Source: an uncultured Bacteriovoracaceae bacterium
Lineage (GTDB): Bacteria > Desulfobacterota > Desulfomonilia > UBA1062
Length of the DNA: 45,000 nt
NCBI GenBank assembly: GCA_964388905.1
Contig: CAYMDG010000004.1
Span: 1 to 45,000, forward strand
Reading direction: 5' to 3'
Shown here in pieces: positions 28,720 through 37,331 of this stretch. The notes beneath the pieces were generated by a model. That model was not told the origin of the DNA. It saw only the letters and a list, made by a program, of their open reading frames with translations, and ran no database searches. The position numbers and the translations under genes are program-made. Within the stretch, counting starts at the first letter, position 1. Each line of letters begins with the position of its first letter.

Positions 28720-29850
28720 GTGAAAAGACTTATGGTTGTTTTTGGAACAAGACCCGAGGCAATAAAGCTCTGTCCGCTCGTCATCGAGTTAAAGAAGCAA
28801 CCAGAAATATTTCATGTGATCACCTGCGTTACTGCCCAGCACCGGGAGATGCTCGATCAGGTGCTCAAGATCTTCGATGTTAAGCCTGACCATGATCTGA
28901 ACCTCATGAAAAGCGATCAGACCCTCTTCCACATCACCACAAAGGTACTTACCCAGCTTGATACGATCTTGAAGGATGAAGGCGTTGACATGGTCATTGT
29001 CCAGGGAGATACTACAACAACCTTCGCTGCAGCATTGGCAGCATATTATAATCGCATCAGCGTCGCACATGTCGAGGCAGGGCTTCGTACGTGGGATAAA
29101 TTCGCCCCCTACCCAGAGGAAATGAATCGAAAGCTCACCACCGCACTCTCAGACATACATTTCGCGCCCACTGCTCATAATAGAGATAATCTTCTAGCAG
29201 AAGGGATTTCGGAAGAGAAGATTGTCATCACCGGGAATACAGTCATTGATGCCCTGCTGATGGTTCGAGACAAAATACGCAAAACAGGAAAGGAATTCGT
29301 TCAACTATCAGGAGTCAACTTCAATAAGCGAATCATCCTCGTTACTGGACACAGAAGGGAGAGTTTCGGTCAGGGATTCATAGATTTCTGCAATGCCCTT
29401 AAGGATATTGCACTAAGCAACCCTTCCGTGGAGATAGTCTATCCAGTCCACCTGAATCCCAATGTCAGAAAACCGGTTCTTTCTATGCTTTCAGGAATGG
29501 ATAATGTGAAGTTGCTGGAGCCCATGGATTATGAACCTTTTGTTTCCTTGCTGGACCGTTCTTTCCTTGTCATCACCGATTCCGGAGGCATCCAGGAAGA
29601 GGCACCGTCACTCGGGAAACCGGTGCTGGTGACCCGAGACAAGACTGAGCGGCCAGAAGCCCTTGCTTCAGGTGCTGTCAAGCTTGTAGGCACATCCCGA
29701 GAAAGGATCGTAACGGAGGCAAGGCAGATACTGAAAGATCCACAGACTTATCGGAAGATGTCCATAGTACAGAACCCTTATGGCGATGGTCACGCCTGTG
29801 AGAAAATCATCAGTGCACTGGTGCATCATTACTCCCAATTAATAGATTGA
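28720..29850 (+). CDS. wecB: UDP-N-acetylglucosamine 2-epimerase (non-hydrolysing)
   Basis: 376 aa with a GTG start. VVFGTRPEAIKLCPL, HVEAGLRT and ITDSGGIQEEAPSLGKPVLVTRDKTERPE are hallmark WecB/MnaA blocks. Confidence 0.92.
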   Translation: MKRLMVVFGTRPEAIKLCPLVIELKKQPEIFHVITCVTAQHREMLDQVLKIFDVKPDHDLNLMKSDQTLFHITTKVLTQLDTILKDEGVDMVIVQGDTTTTFAAALAAYYNRISVAHVEAGLRTWDKFAPYPEEMNRKLTTALSDIHFAPTAHNRDNLLAEGISEEKIVITGNTVIDALLMVRDKIRKTGKEFVQLSGVNFNKRIILVTGHRRESFGQGFIDFCNALKDIALSNPSVEIVYPVHLNPNVRKPVLSMLSGMDNVKLLEPMDYEPFVSLLDRSFLVITDSGGIQEEAPSLGKPVLVTRDKTERPEALASGAVKLVGTSRERIVTEARQILKDPQTYRKMSIVQNPYGDGHACEKIISALVHHYSQLID

Positions 29851-29868
29851 GACTGTGAGCTATGGGTC

Positions 29869-30975
29869 ATGAACGTCCTCCACATCATATCAGGTGATAT
29901 CTGGGCAGGTGCAGAGGTGCAGGCATGTTCACTTATTCGTGGATGTGCCCGTATAGTTTCCTGCAAGGTTCAGGTAATAATCCTCAATGACGGGGTCCTT
30001 GCGACGAAACTGCGTGAAGCACATATCCCGGTTACGATTCTCAATGAGCATGAGCTATCTTTGATTTCACTGGTTTCAGGGTGCCTGCAGGTGATAAAAG
30101 CCTTTAATCCCCAAATTGTGCATATGCATGGTTTCAAGGAAAACTTACTTGGGGGGATAGCGGGAAGGTTGGCGAGGGTGAAAGGACTGATCAGGACTCA
30201 TCATGGAAGAGGGTTGATTGGTGGTGCGAAGAAATATGACATGATTGAACACGTCAATGCTTGGCTTTTTACGGATATTGCAATAGCGGTATCCCATGAC
30301 TTGAAGAAATTGCTCATTGAATTCGGAATACCAGAAAAAAAGGTTGTGGTCATTCATAATGGAATTGAACCATGTAAACAGCTTACTGAGGAAAGGATCA
30401 AAACACTCAGGATGGAGTTAAGAATAGCTAAAGATGATAAGGTCATAGGGACCATCGGGAGGATGGTTCCAATAAAGGACCATCGAACATTTATCAACAG
30501 CGCAAAGCTGATCATTGATTCAGGCATTAAAGCTAGGTTCGTGATCGTAGGGGATGGACATCTTAGAGAAGAACTAGAGCAGCAAGTGAGAGATTTAAGC
30601 CTTGATCATCATTTTTGCTTTACCGGCTTTAGAGAGGATGCAAACGATCTTCTCAATCTCTTTGATGTATTCGCAATGACTTCGGTCCATGAAGGAGTAC
30701 CCATTGCGTTGCTGGAGGCAATGAGCCTCGGGAAACCCGTGGTGGCCACGAGTGTTGGAGGAGTTCCTGAAGTTTTGAAAGATCATGTGAGTGGGATGCT
30801 GGTCCCGTCAGGAGACGCAAATTTATTTGCTGACGCCTGCCTGAGCATGCTGCAGAATGAGGCCCTGAGGAAAGCTCTTTCCGAGCATGCTTATCGAGAG
30901 ATTCAAGAGGAATACTCGCTGAATACTATGGTGAAGAAAATACAAGATGAATACTGGAGGGCTGCTGTTTTATGA
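29869..30975 (+). CDS. family-4 (GT-B) glycosyltransferase
   Basis: 368 aa. VHEGVPIALLEAMSLGKPVVATSVGGVPEVL (E-x7-E region). N-terminal ISGDIWAGAEV. Confidence 0.87.
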   Translation: MNVLHIISGDIWAGAEVQACSLIRGCARIVSCKVQVIILNDGVLATKLREAHIPVTILNEHELSLISLVSGCLQVIKAFNPQIVHMHGFKENLLGGIAGRLARVKGLIRTHHGRGLIGGAKKYDMIEHVNAWLFTDIAIAVSHDLKKLLIEFGIPEKKVVVIHNGIEPCKQLTEERIKTLRMELRIAKDDKVIGTIGRMVPIKDHRTFINSAKLIIDSGIKARFVIVGDGHLREELEQQVRDLSLDHHFCFTGFREDANDLLNLFDVFAMTSVHEGVPIALLEAMSLGKPVVATSVGGVPEVLKDHVSGMLVPSGDANLFADACLSMLQNEALRKALSEHAYREIQEEYSLNTMVKKIQDEYWRAAVL

Positions 30976-32162
30976 ACATCCTTTATATCTGGGATTCGGA
31001 TTATCCATGGGATGTCAGGGTGGAAAAGATTTGCACAACACTATCAACTAATGGACATAAAGTGCATATCGCTGCAAGGAACTTGAAGAAGCTTCCTGAA
31101 TGCGAGATAAGCAACGGAATTGCAATCCATCGAATCAAGGCATATCAGAATGATCGAATCAATTATGCCCTTTCCTTCCCTGTTTTTTTCAGCCCAATCT
31201 GGAGCCGGTTTCTTGATAGGGTCATCATTGAGAATGCCATTGATATAATTATCGTACGCGACCTTCCCATGGCCATTGCAGGGATATGGGCAGGGAAACG
31301 GCACAAGATCCCAATGATATTTGATATGGCTGAGGATTATGTGGCCATGATCTGGGACATATGGAGAGCGAGAAAATTTCAGGGACTGAACTTTTTTGTA
31401 AGGAATCCATACCTGGCAAAGCTCGTTGAGCGATATGCTTTTAAGCATGCAGATCATATTCTTGTGGTAGTTGAAGAGGCAAGGGACTTTGTCATAAAGA
31501 GGAGCGGACAACCTGGAAAGATAACGATTGTGGGTAACACTCCTCCGCTGGAGGCATTCATTGGCACACCGCCTGTGTCAAATGATATTCTTGATAAGAT
31601 AAGATGTCGGTTTTCAGTGATTTATACTGGTGGTATTCAGATGGGTAGAGGAATACAGGTGATTTTTGACGCTATACCGGAGATTGTCAAAGAGATACCT
31701 GAATTTCTAATTGTGATCGTGGGAGATGGTTATGCAACTCCGATACTGAAAGAGAAGATTAGAGAAAATAACATTCAACACTACGTGCTCTGGGTTGGTT
31801 GGGTTGATCATAAGAATATTTTTGATTATATCAGGGCATGTAAAATCGGTATTATTCCGCATTTTGTAACAGATCATGTTAATACTACTATCCCAAACAA
31901 AATATTTGACTACATGGGGCTTGGTCTGCCGATCATTGCATCAGAGGCAATACCCATGAAGAGGATTTTAGAAAAGGAAGATTGTGGATTTACATTCAGA
32001 AGTGGAGACTCAATGGATTTAGCAAGAGTAGTTAAAAAGGCATACCAATCTGATATTGAAAAAGGTGAGAACGGTGTTAATGCAGTGAAGAGAGACTATA
32101 ACTGGGGAGAGGATACCAGACGATTACTTTCTGTAATTGATCACGTTGGACAGAGGAATTGA
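30972..32162 (+). CDS. family-4 (GT-B) glycosyltransferase
   Basis: 396 aa with a 4-nt overlap with the previous gene. The C-terminal nucleotide-sugar-binding half reads IPNKIFDYMGLGLPIIASEAIPMKRIL. Last gene of the 17-gene array. Confidence 0.82.
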   Translation: MNILYIWDSDYPWDVRVEKICTTLSTNGHKVHIAARNLKKLPECEISNGIAIHRIKAYQNDRINYALSFPVFFSPIWSRFLDRVIIENAIDIIIVRDLPMAIAGIWAGKRHKIPMIFDMAEDYVAMIWDIWRARKFQGLNFFVRNPYLAKLVERYAFKHADHILVVVEEARDFVIKRSGQPGKITIVGNTPPLEAFIGTPPVSNDILDKIRCRFSVIYTGGIQMGRGIQVIFDAIPEIVKEIPEFLIVIVGDGYATPILKEKIRENNIQHYVLWVGWVDHKNIFDYIRACKIGIIPHFVTDHVNTTIPNKIFDYMGLGLPIIASEAIPMKRILEKEDCGFTFRSGDSMDLARVVKKAYQSDIEKGENGVNAVKRDYNWGEDTRRLLSVIDHVGQRN

Positions 32163-32404
32163 GAGGTATAAGTCAGAATGAATTATCAGGCTATTCTATA
32201 AATACAGAGCTAACGGATTGCTAGAAATTAGGAAACCAGTCTCAGTTCAAGTACAGTTGAGCAAAGTAAGAGCACAAAAATAGAACAACTAATTTCAATA
32301 ATGTAATTATTGCAATTAATTTCAAGTTTTTTAATAAAAGATAGATGTAGGTAAGTCTAAAGAAGACATAACATTGCATTATATCTCTTGATGTTTATTA
32401 ACTC

Positions 32405-32420
32405 TGGCATATTATATGCT
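32405..32420 (+). promoter_or_regulatory. candidate sigma-54 (-24/-12) promoter upstream of the beta-helix gene
   Basis: TGGCATATTATATGCT. GG (32406-07) and GC (32418-19) are separated by exactly 10 nt. TGGCA and TGCT match TGGCACG-N4-TTGCW. The GC lies 41 nt upstream of the ATG, the same geometry as the 13040 candidate. Confidence 0.4.
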
Positions 32421-32459
32421 CTAAGAACAACAGACAAATAGAACCGTGGAGGGTTTACC

Positions 32460-34151
32460 ATGACGGCATGTAACAAGACATATTATATCCTATTAGTATT
32501 AATTAGTCTCACAACAGTTGCGGCAGTTGATTTATCAGCAGCAAATCTCTATGTGGACAATACACTATCTGCGAATATAACAAATGGCACTTATTCCATA
32601 GCAAACAGGAATAGTACTGGCAGTGCGGGGAATGCCTACAGAACTATTCTTGCAGCAGTGAATGCGATGAGTCCTGGAGATGATATTTTTATCCGTGGTG
32701 GAACGTATTATGAACATGATATCTATATCCCAGCATCAAAAAGCGGTACATCGAACAATTGGTCCACGATGCAGTCCTACACTGGTGAATGGGCTATTAT
32801 TAATGGGCAGCGTCAATGCTCTGGCAGCAATGTACATGCCATCATATATAACGGTGGATTTGCTCATGATGGGAGTCAAACTTTTGCGAGTTACTGGGTT
32901 ATAGAGAGGCTTGAAATCACTGGGGGCGGTTTATCCGGGGCATCGGTTGCGCCCGCAGCCGGCATTTGGTGGAACAAGGGTCCTCTGACTGTACGGTATT
33001 GCTACATTCATGACAATCTAGCTGATAATGCTGATGAGAACCCAGCAGGATTTAATGGATGCAGCCAGCAGGGTGTCACCATAGAATATTGTTATTTTAG
33101 AAATAACGGTTCAATGCAGCATGAGCATGGGAATGACAGGAATATATGCTTTACAGGGTCAACAGAGTATTCCAGCACCCCTTATGACGAGAACTGGTAT
33201 GTGAAAAACAATATTGTCAGGTATAATTTTGTTGACTGTAATGGCGGCGGCGGCATCATGACAAAGGCCATACAACGATTAACCTCTGTCAGGGATGGCT
33301 CGGATATGACGCATAAGGCTTGGGGCGACAAAATTTATGGCAATATCGTAATCAATGCCAAATATGGTGGCATTTTCTGGCAGCAAGACTTTGTACAGAT
33401 ATACAATAATATCGTTGTGATGAAGAGTGGCATTTCAGGGTCGAACTGGAATATTGCAACCAGGCGATGGGGATCTGAAGGTTGTGATATACAGCATGCG
33501 ACTATTTACAATAATACCTTAATGAGTGGCCAAGGAGCTTCAATTTTCCATGGTGTTGATGGGAAATATAGCACAAGGGATTACTGGTATTGTTATAACA
33601 ACATTATTGATCGTAATATTGATGACTATGATTCATGGGACATCACATATGGCCACATGCCTTACTACAGTGGTGTTACAAATGCTATGTTCAGTGATAG
33701 TGGCATACACATTGATAGAAACTATTTCTATGCTTCCCCAAATACAAGTGTGATTCTGTACCGGAATATTGATGGCACTGGAGATAACTTTACAGTAACT
33801 CAATGGGAGCAGAAGTTTGCAGGTGTGCAGTTATACCAAAACAGTTACAGCGCTTCGAATCTTCTTTATCAGGGATCAACGGGAGCAAGCAGCTATAAGA
33901 CAAGAAGCGGACATGTTATAGAGGGTTCACTAACAGTAGCAAACAGTGGAATTGGTGGATTACACCCATATCTTACAGATGTACAGATCCCTTCCTATAT
34001 CGGGGCTACAGATCCAAATAATAATGGATGGGTCGATACCGTATTAGGCCTGTCAACCATAAGCAATCTCAGTGGTGGAGTTATTGTACCTCCATCAGAT
34101 ACAACACCTCCTTCAACTCCGACAGGCGTGGGTGTGCAGATTATTCAATAA
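32460..34151 (+). CDS. secreted right-handed parallel beta-helix repeat protein (polysaccharide lyase/epimerase/hydrolase-like)
   Basis: 563 aa with a GGAGGG SD and an N-terminal signal/anchor ILLVLISLTTVAAVDLSAA. NAYRTILAAVNAMSPGDDIFIRGGTYYEHDIYI is typical of pectate-lyase-fold proteins. PbH1-like turns recur (IYNNIVVM, IYNNTLMS, CYNNIIDR). Pro/Thr-rich tail PPSDTTPPSTPTG. Confidence 0.72.
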   Translation: MTACNKTYYILLVLISLTTVAAVDLSAANLYVDNTLSANITNGTYSIANRNSTGSAGNAYRTILAAVNAMSPGDDIFIRGGTYYEHDIYIPASKSGTSNNWSTMQSYTGEWAIINGQRQCSGSNVHAIIYNGGFAHDGSQTFASYWVIERLEITGGGLSGASVAPAAGIWWNKGPLTVRYCYIHDNLADNADENPAGFNGCSQQGVTIEYCYFRNNGSMQHEHGNDRNICFTGSTEYSSTPYDENWYVKNNIVRYNFVDCNGGGGIMTKAIQRLTSVRDGSDMTHKAWGDKIYGNIVINAKYGGIFWQQDFVQIYNNIVVMKSGISGSNWNIATRRWGSEGCDIQHATIYNNTLMSGQGASIFHGVDGKYSTRDYWYCYNNIIDRNIDDYDSWDITYGHMPYYSGVTNAMFSDSGIHIDRNYFYASPNTSVILYRNIDGTGDNFTVTQWEQKFAGVQLYQNSYSASNLLYQGSTGASSYKTRSGHVIEGSLTVANSGIGGLHPYLTDVQIPSYIGATDPNNNGWVDTVLGLSTISNLSGGVIVPPSDTTPPSTPTGVGVQIIQ

Positions 34152-34175
34152 GTCCACCTTAAATCATTCTATGAG

Positions 34176-34210
34176 TAGTCAGGCAGGTTTATAGAAACTG
34201 CCTGACTACC
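34176..34210 (+). terminator. hairpin terminator after the beta-helix gene
   Basis: GTAGTCAGGCAGGTTT / AAACTGCCTGACTAC forms a 15-bp stem with one bulged G and a 4-nt loop, 25 nt after the stop. The T-tract is weak. Confidence 0.5.
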
Positions 34211-34429
34211 TTATGTAATGTCTTGTGGGGATAAAGATAAAAGTCTTTCATCAAATAATCATCTGCAATTGATAATTTGACAATACACCTCTCAACAATT
34301 TTCAAAATAGTATCAATTTTCAATATGTAAAAAAGGCTACCTAACAATCTGTTATTGTATTAGCAGTTGCAATTGGATTGGATTGACCATCATAAAATTT
34401 CTGTAGTTCCAAATTTCAAGGGGTATTGA

Positions 34430-36181
34430 ATGGGAAAATATTCATTTGATCTTTTTCATTGTGAACTCACACCGGGTAAGGAATTCCATGAATGGGCGCC
34501 TTCATGGTGGTACCGAGCAGAGGGGATACCAATACTTGCTGGTGAGAGCCATGGAATCTTTAAATGGATTCTTGCTGGTTGGTTTCTCAATAATGATGAT
34601 TCCAATGAAGTAATTAATAAATTCCTTATAAGTAATAATGCTGAGTATCTATATGAATTAGATGGCCAATTTATTTTATCTGTATATTCACAAAATGATG
34701 AGACTGTTGAAATATTCAGAGACCGTGTCGGTATTTTTCCCATTGCATTTGCGAATGGACCAAAGGGATTAGTCCTCTCTGTTGATCTTGAAAATGCCAG
34801 ACAGTTATCGGGTATTGTTCCATCAGTATCCCCTGCCATTTTTGAGCAATGGCCACTGTACCGGAAAACATTTTCACCTTTTTCACCGTACTATGATATG
34901 CATGGGCTCGCACCTGAGAATTCCCTGCTCATAAAGGGACATTCTGCCATAGAAAATAGTCACCCCATGAGATTCCCTCAAGAGGAAGAATATGCTGATA
35001 TGAAAACATCAAGCCAGATAATGGGTGATGTGCTTTCTCTCTCAGTGCAGAAAAGAATCGATAGTTCGAAAAAGATGGGGGTTTTCCTGAGTGGAGGAAA
35101 TGACTCCAGTCTGGTTGTTGCTCTTGTTAGAAAATATTATTCAGGTAAGCTGAGGACACTCTTTGTCACATTTGAAGATAATCCTAGAGATTATGGTAAT
35201 TACGCCCAGCAGGTTGCTGATCAGTTTGCCACAGAGCATTCGTCTGTTGAATTGAGCCCGAATGATTATACAGGATGTTGGGCAGACACGATAAAAGTCC
35301 TGCAAAGCCCAGTTCCCATGCCATGCCACATAGGAATTCATTATGCCTTGAAAAGGCTTTCAGGGGTTGTGGAACTGATGATTGATGGTGATGGCGCTGA
35401 TACAGTATTCGGGAGCTCCATCTGGCCACAAATGTTATTCTTGTCCCGAATCTCCCAATGGGTGCCTCAGTTCCTAAAATACGGTATTAAACAAATAGGA
35501 CATATCTTTCCTAGAGAGACAGCCTTAACAAAAATACTCGATATGGTGACAACAGCTTTGAATACTAATCTCAATGCATATCCTCATATAAATGCTGCTA
35601 TGTTCTCAAAAGATGAATTTAACAAGGTTTTCCTAAGAGGTGACTGGCAACAAGGGATAAATTTTAGGCAGAGATTCGCAGCAGGTGAATTTTATAAGGG
35701 AATTTTCTCTTATCTCATGTTGCATGGAATACCTGAGGACATTGCTACTGCGGTACGGTTGGGATTATCTCAGCGAATTCTATTTTCTTATCCCTTCCTA
35801 GATTACAAATTATTACAATCTTCAATGAGATTGCCTAATAGGCATCGATATCATTATCGGATAAGGAAGGCGCCTTTAAAAGAGTATTCTTTAAGATATT
35901 TCGATAAGAGTTTTGTATATAAACCAAAGGAAGGCTTCGGTGTGCCCTTGGCAAAATGGTTTACAAGAAAGGAATTCGAGCCATTTTTAAAGATGCCTCT
36001 TGAAGAACGAAGTATAAAAAGGGGCTGGTGGAAAGAAAGTGAAGTCAAAAGTTTAATTAATTATCACAGGGTGGGAAATGGAAGTGACAGTTCAGCTGAA
36101 GCCCTTCCATGGATTTTAATAAATATGGAATTGTGGGCTCGTATTTGTATTGATGGGGATTCACCAGCACTTTATAAGTAA
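34430..36181 (+). CDS. asparagine-synthetase (AsnB)-family adenylating amidoligase lacking the N-terminal Cys nucleophile
   Basis: 583 aa with the PP-loop MGVFLSGGNDSSLVVALV. Ntn-domain remnant LDGQFILSVYSQNDETVEIFRDRVGIFPIAFA. The N-terminus is MGKYSF rather than MCG, and the codon just upstream (34427..34429) is an in-frame TGA, so no alternative Cys start exists. Confidence 0.82.
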   Translation: MGKYSFDLFHCELTPGKEFHEWAPSWWYRAEGIPILAGESHGIFKWILAGWFLNNDDSNEVINKFLISNNAEYLYELDGQFILSVYSQNDETVEIFRDRVGIFPIAFANGPKGLVLSVDLENARQLSGIVPSVSPAIFEQWPLYRKTFSPFSPYYDMHGLAPENSLLIKGHSAIENSHPMRFPQEEEYADMKTSSQIMGDVLSLSVQKRIDSSKKMGVFLSGGNDSSLVVALVRKYYSGKLRTLFVTFEDNPRDYGNYAQQVADQFATEHSSVELSPNDYTGCWADTIKVLQSPVPMPCHIGIHYALKRLSGVVELMIDGDGADTVFGSSIWPQMLFLSRISQWVPQFLKYGIKQIGHIFPRETALTKILDMVTTALNTNLNAYPHINAAMFSKDEFNKVFLRGDWQQGINFRQRFAAGEFYKGIFSYLMLHGIPEDIATAVRLGLSQRILFSYPFLDYKLLQSSMRLPNRHRYHYRIRKAPLKEYSLRYFDKSFVYKPKEGFGVPLAKWFTRKEFEPFLKMPLEERSIKRGWWKESEVKSLINYHRVGNGSDSSAEALPWILINMELWARICIDGDSPALYK

Positions 36182-36194
36182 TGTAGGAGGTCTT

Positions 36195-37277
36195 ATGAAG
36201 GTTACAGTTGTTGGCTGCGGGAATGGTGGTTGTGCATTTGCTGCAGTACTTGCTATGAAAGGGCATGAGGTAAATATTCTAAAAATTGGGCATAGTATCC
36301 ATAATGAAAATTTCTATGCATTGCGGGAAAGAAGAAGTATAAAATTATCAGGTATTGAAGGGAACGGAGAATTCCCCTTATGTGATGTAACTACTGATCC
36401 ACATGAAGCTTTAAATAATACAGAAGTTGTTTTTGTATATTACGTTACTAATTTTCATCAATTGGTAGCAGAGAAAATTTCCCCATTTTTAAACGAAGAA
36501 CAAATTATTATATTAGGCCCTGGCTATCTAGGATCGCTAATTTTTGAAAAAGTCCTTCGATCTGTTGGAAAAACTAAGCTCCCTCTATTTGCTGAATTAG
36601 AGACATTACCCTTTTCTTCGAGAATTACTAAACCAGGAGAAGTCAATATCTCCTCAAGAAATGTTCGCCATCCTTTTGCTTCCTATCCAGCCAACCGTTC
36701 TGGCGAGATAGTAGATAAATTGTTTCCACTTATAGGAACATGCTTCCCGCGTCATCATATCATTGAAGTAGCTCTCCATAACCCAAATCTTGCAATTCAT
36801 ACCCTTGGTGTTTTATTGAACATTTCTCGTGTTGAGAATACCAGGAAAGATTTTGCTATGTATAAGGATGGATTCACACCTTCAATGTGGAATTTGGTTG
36901 CCAAACTCGATGGTGAGAAAATGGATGTTCTCCAAGAACTCAATTTGTCCCGGATTCCATATTTTGATGCTTTCAGGTTTAGAACATTTGAAGATGTATC
37001 TATAGATGCACTTGAGGGATTTATGCACTATGCAGATGAAGCCCCAACTGGGCCATTTACGATTGATAATCGTTATATAACTGAAGATGTGCCTATGGGA
37101 TTAGGTTTACTTCATTCACTGGGTGAGATTTTAGGGGTTAATACACCGATCTGTGATGGCTTGATTAATATAGCCTCAGCTCTTATTCCCTATAGGAATT
37201 TTTGGTCTGAGGCACGAACTATTCATTCAGTTTGGGATGGGACACTAGATGATTTAATAAGCAGATTAACGAAATGA
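36195..37277 (+). CDS. NAD(P)-dependent opine dehydrogenase family protein (octopine/nopaline/CENDH-like)
   Basis: Start moved from 36150 to ATG 36195, which follows an AGGAGG SD. MKVTVVGCGNGGCAFAAVLAMKGHEV, QIIILGPGYLGS, HNPNLAIHTLG and NRYITEDVPMGLGLLHSLGEILGVNTP run block by block parallel to the Arthrobacter N-(1-D-carboxyethyl)-L-norvaline dehydrogenase sequence as I remember it. Confidence 0.8.
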   Translation: MKVTVVGCGNGGCAFAAVLAMKGHEVNILKIGHSIHNENFYALRERRSIKLSGIEGNGEFPLCDVTTDPHEALNNTEVVFVYYVTNFHQLVAEKISPFLNEEQIIILGPGYLGSLIFEKVLRSVGKTKLPLFAELETLPFSSRITKPGEVNISSRNVRHPFASYPANRSGEIVDKLFPLIGTCFPRHHIIEVALHNPNLAIHTLGVLLNISRVENTRKDFAMYKDGFTPSMWNLVAKLDGEKMDVLQELNLSRIPYFDAFRFRTFEDVSIDALEGFMHYADEAPTGPFTIDNRYITEDVPMGLGLLHSLGEILGVNTPICDGLINIASALIPYRNFWSEARTIHSVWDGTLDDLISRLTK

Positions 37278-37331
37278 AAAATTTTAATGATGCGAAAAGA
37301 TCCCAGCATCTCGCCAATTTGATTTCAATTT

